From Podarcis tiliguerta (Eukaryota): a stretch of 64,000 bases of DNA. The notes beneath the pieces were generated by a model. It worked only from the letters and a program-made list of their open reading frames with translations. It was not told where the DNA came from and searched no databases. The translations under genes and the position numbers were made by a program. The number at the start of each line of letters is the position of its first letter. The stretch's first letter is position 1. This document shows positions 60,343 to 64,000 of this stretch, piece after piece. The DNA lies in the NCBI GenBank assembly GCA_965153285.1, contig OZ229114.1; one strand, given 5' to 3'.

Positions 60343-62095
60343 CGTGAACTCACAGCTACAGAAAACACTGCATTGAAAATATTGTTACATTCTTAAAAGA
60401 TCATGTTAGAGCAGTGTCCAGTAGAGGGCAATGGCACAATACTTAATTAATGCTATCAAAGCTCTTTATTCGGAGTGAATGTCCCAGTCTGGCTCTGTAC
60501 AAGTATGAGTTTGCTTTGCCACTTTCCCAACTGCCTGTGTCCTTACTCCTGCATAGTTATATCCACAATGCTTAGTGAATCTAGGGTATTATTAATAGCT
60601 TCAGCTCTAACATTTGAAATTGATATCCATGATAGCCCAGCAAAAGCCATTCCAAACTCAATATGAAATTGTACCAACCAGTCACTTACAAGTGGAATGG
60701 GAAACCTGTGGCTCTCCAGCTGTTTCTGGACTACAATGACCATCATCCCTGTCCATTGGCTAGGGCTGATGGGTACTGGGAGTCCAAATAACTGCTGGAG
60801 GGCCACAGGCCCTCTATCCCTGAAGGCAAAGTGTTTGCAAGGCAATCTTTCTTTCTTTTTTCTTTTGCTCTGATGCCACCTCTTTCCAAAACCACAGAGG
60901 TGAATTTAAAGCACTTAGAATCATTTACAATTTAAGAGGGATCTGTACAGCTGTCAAAGTAGTAGCCGCCATATTGTAGACAGATGAAAATAATCCTTCT
61001 GTGTATGTTTACATGTGAATTATTCAATGGGGACTGCTCAGATAGCATTGTAGTCTTGCTGTTGGTTTTCCTTTGGGTGGGTCATTATTTCCTTTAAAGC
61101 TGCCTTCTTATGGTCTCTTTTCCCTTGTTTTTTTCTCCCTCAGGTGTTCATATACCTAAACTGCTGTAGCATCTTTCAGCTACTGTTGTGATTTAGTGAT
61201 GGGAGAGCCTTGTGGACTCCTATGGCCCCAAGAACAAAGCTGTTTCCAGGAAAGCCAACCATTTATGTTTCCTGTGCTTGAGAGGGTCAAATAGCTAGGA
61301 GGCAGACTAAGGATTACTAGGCTTGATGGGACTTACTTCAGCACCAGCATGCATAGGATTGGTCCCCCGGAGCTGATCGTGCACAGAGTTAACAGCTCTA
61401 ACCAGTTTCTTTAATATACAAAATGCTATTGAAAATAAATGAACAAAATGTCACTAGTCCAACTGAAATCCTAATCCTCCTTATTGTGGACTAGACACCA
61501 CTGAATTTAATAGGACTTACTTCTTGTTAGATATTGTTAGGATCAACACTTTAAAAAAAAAAATCGCACCTGAATATTCTCCACATGACATCACATGTAG
61601 CCAAAACTGCAACAGCCGTGCAGAAGGAGGCAGATACCATACTTGTAGAGTTGGGGAAACCTCAAGGTTTCCACAAGGAAGGAAGGAAGGAAACCTCTCA
61701 GAACATCTCATTAAGGACTGTGTGTGCTTATTTCCCATGAAACGCTGACTGATTATGAGAAAGGGGTACCCAGAAAACTAGATGGGAGGGGAGGATAGAA
61801 ATGGCTACTGCCAAAAAGAGTCCAGTGTGGAATAAGCATGCTTAGGGCCAAATGCATGCTGACAGATTGTTGAAAGGGAAAACCTGACAGTCTGATGGGA
61901 GGGGGAATGACATGGAGCTGCCGGAAGAGCAGGACTGAGGATGAGTCACATAAAAAGAATAGAGAGAACAATCTAATTTCTCTGGATAGGCCACACCCTG
62001 GTTACAACTGAGAAGCAATCTTTAAATGTCAACAGGGATAAAGAAAGATGTTAGTGTAGCCAGGGACTGGGCACTGGTGCATACACCCACCCCCC

Positions 62096-62201
62096 CCACC
62101 CATCTGAATGAGGACTGAGCATGCTCAGTGGACACGGAATGCTGACACACCCACCCATCTGAATGAGGACTGAGCATGCTCAGTGGACACGGAATGCTGA
62201 C
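62096..62201. repeat. 55-bp perfect tandem duplication
   Basis: ccacccatctgaatgaggactgagcatgctcagtggacacggaatgctgac occurs twice. Confidence 0.9.
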
Positions 62202-63895
62202 TGATTCCTGGACACAAGATACAAGAAAACTGGTATGTGCGGGATAACCAGTCTCATATAACCAAGATGATTAAGTCTAATAAATGCACAAAGGGGTTGA
62301 GACCAGAGAGTAAACTGTCCTGCCTGGCTTAGCCTAGGTCACTTCCTCTCCCTTTGAGAGAAAAAAAGCAACCGACTATTGTTCCCTTTCAGTCTACGCA
62401 TGAATTTTTGTATTTGAGGATCTCTGAGCTGCTAACCACCAGCTCAACTGCATGGTTCTCACAAACCAATAATTTAGAAACTTTCACCACTTTGCATCTA
62501 AGCTAAGTTTTACTGCCTATGCAACTTCTGAAGCACGGGAACCTGATCTTTGAGGAGTTTGTAAATAAACCAATTTTTAACATGCCAAATGTGTGGTCTT
62601 TTCCTAAGCTGGGGGAAGAGGGGAGATTTGGAACTCACAAGGGCATATTTAAAAGGTGTAGCAGCCTGAATTTCCATGCTTTCATTTGCTGCATATTTTG
62701 TGATTTAAATCTCTGCTGGGGTTCTCTTACCAGAGAGCTTGCCCCAAACTTGGATCTTAGCATCCAGGAATTCTGCATTCTCTATATATTTCTCCCTTGC
62801 ACCAACAGTATGTGTGTAGAATAGAATGAAACGGCAGGAACCCTGAACAGAAGCACTCCACACTAACATTTTCTATTTTCTGCTTCTTCTTCGTTTAATC
62901 AGGAGTTTCTTAAAATTGGAATAATATTGTAGGTTATGAAGAGTTACAATGCAGAAAGCCCGTATGAATCAGAGCACGTGGAAACAGGGGCAGCTCATGC
63001 CTCAATGGACAATTTTAAGATATTAGTTTATTTTATAAGAAGGTAAGTCAGATAGCAAACCTCTCTTAAAAACAATGAATTTAGCACTATTTGTGCTCAG
63101 CCATTCCCTCTCCCCCAACCCCCATCTTTGCAAACTCCTTTCTGTCTTCTGATGTAATGCCCATGCCACCACTCCGGCGATTCAGCTCCTGTCTAGTCAG
63201 TGATCTCAACCCTGTCTTGAAAGATTCACCCTGTCTGGAGGGAGAGTCATAATTCAGACTCCCTATTAGCTTAGATGTAAGCCTGCAATGCAATGGATGA
63301 CAGACTGTGCCAGTTATGCTTGGTGGCTTTATGATATTGAATGAACTGTCAGCTTCAAACATTTCACTGTAGGGCAGGGGCTAGCTGTGAGCTACAGTCC
63401 TGACACTGAGAGCTAACTGTATTCCACCATGAGCCAGGGCTTCACTTACTGCAGCGTGTAATGTGCTAAGGAGAGTAGAGGTAACCCCGGGCTTTCCCCA
63501 GGTACCATTTAAAGTATAAAGGATCCAAAATGGATAGTGCAATTTATTTAACATGTTCACAAGACACATCTTATATTGTTAAGAGTACAGCCCTCCAATC
63601 CTATTTGTTAGCATTTTCATAAAATGCAGTACAGATAAGAATGTCTTGCTCATTTTATCCTTCCACTGCCTCTATCTCATCCCTAACTAATATGGCCCTT
63701 ATTATTTGCATAGGTCAAAGAAAACAATATTAGAGGGGTAGTCTCAGGTTCAGTCTGAGGAACTGGGACTACTTTATGCTGTACTGCACCTAAAGCAGTC
63801 TGCTTAGCTCCCTGGGATGAACCTGGCTATAAAGATTGCATGACTGGCTTCTCATCATAAGCATGAAGCATGAGAGCACACCTTTGATATGTATA

Positions 63896-64000
63896 CAGTG
63901 GTACCTCAAGTTACAAACGCCTCAGGTTACAAACTCCGCTAACCTGGAAGAGTTACCTAGAGTTGAGAACTCTGCCCCAGGATGAGAATGGAAATTGTGT
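63896..64000. mobile_element. Tigger/pogo-like MITE related to the 5995 family, opposite orientation, cut by the window edge
   Basis: TA|CAGTGGTACCTCAAGTTACAAACGCCTCAGGTTACA. Confidence 0.75.

Noticed and set aside
61110-61200. Strong polypyrimidine tract plus CAG acceptor, possibly an exon of a downstream gene such as OGDHL by synteny
   Set aside because: No recognisable coding sequence follows and there is no supporting donor or frame evidence.

Overview
Eukaryotic genomic DNA from a squamate reptile; the Sauria SINE sequences point to a lacertid lizard such as Podarcis. The only protein-coding gene I can support is the 3' part of PARG (poly(ADP-ribose) glycohydrolase) on the + strand. It has 11 coding exons from 16698 to the stop at 50950, which splice in frame to about 398 aa and carry the intact catalytic motifs VDFAN, GGG-x6-QEE, the Tyr-clasp and NWGCGAFGG. 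They probably correspond to human exons 8-18; I found no upstream exons in 1-16697. Most of the supplied ORF track is spurious or repeat-derived. The rest of the window is intron, 3' UTR or intergenic DNA containing Sauria SINEs, CR1, L2, L1 and BovB fragments, and many non-autonomous DNA transposons. Three observations stand out. (1) A family of Tc2/pogo-type MITEs has conserved ends but unrelated, repeat-rich interiors; one copy holds about 1.9 kb of tandem palindromes. (2) That copy lies inside a non-canonical GC-AG intron of PARG. (3) A directional templated-insertion event links two SINE copies 5.8 kb apart. I see no new gene system; these are structural and evolutionary observations.
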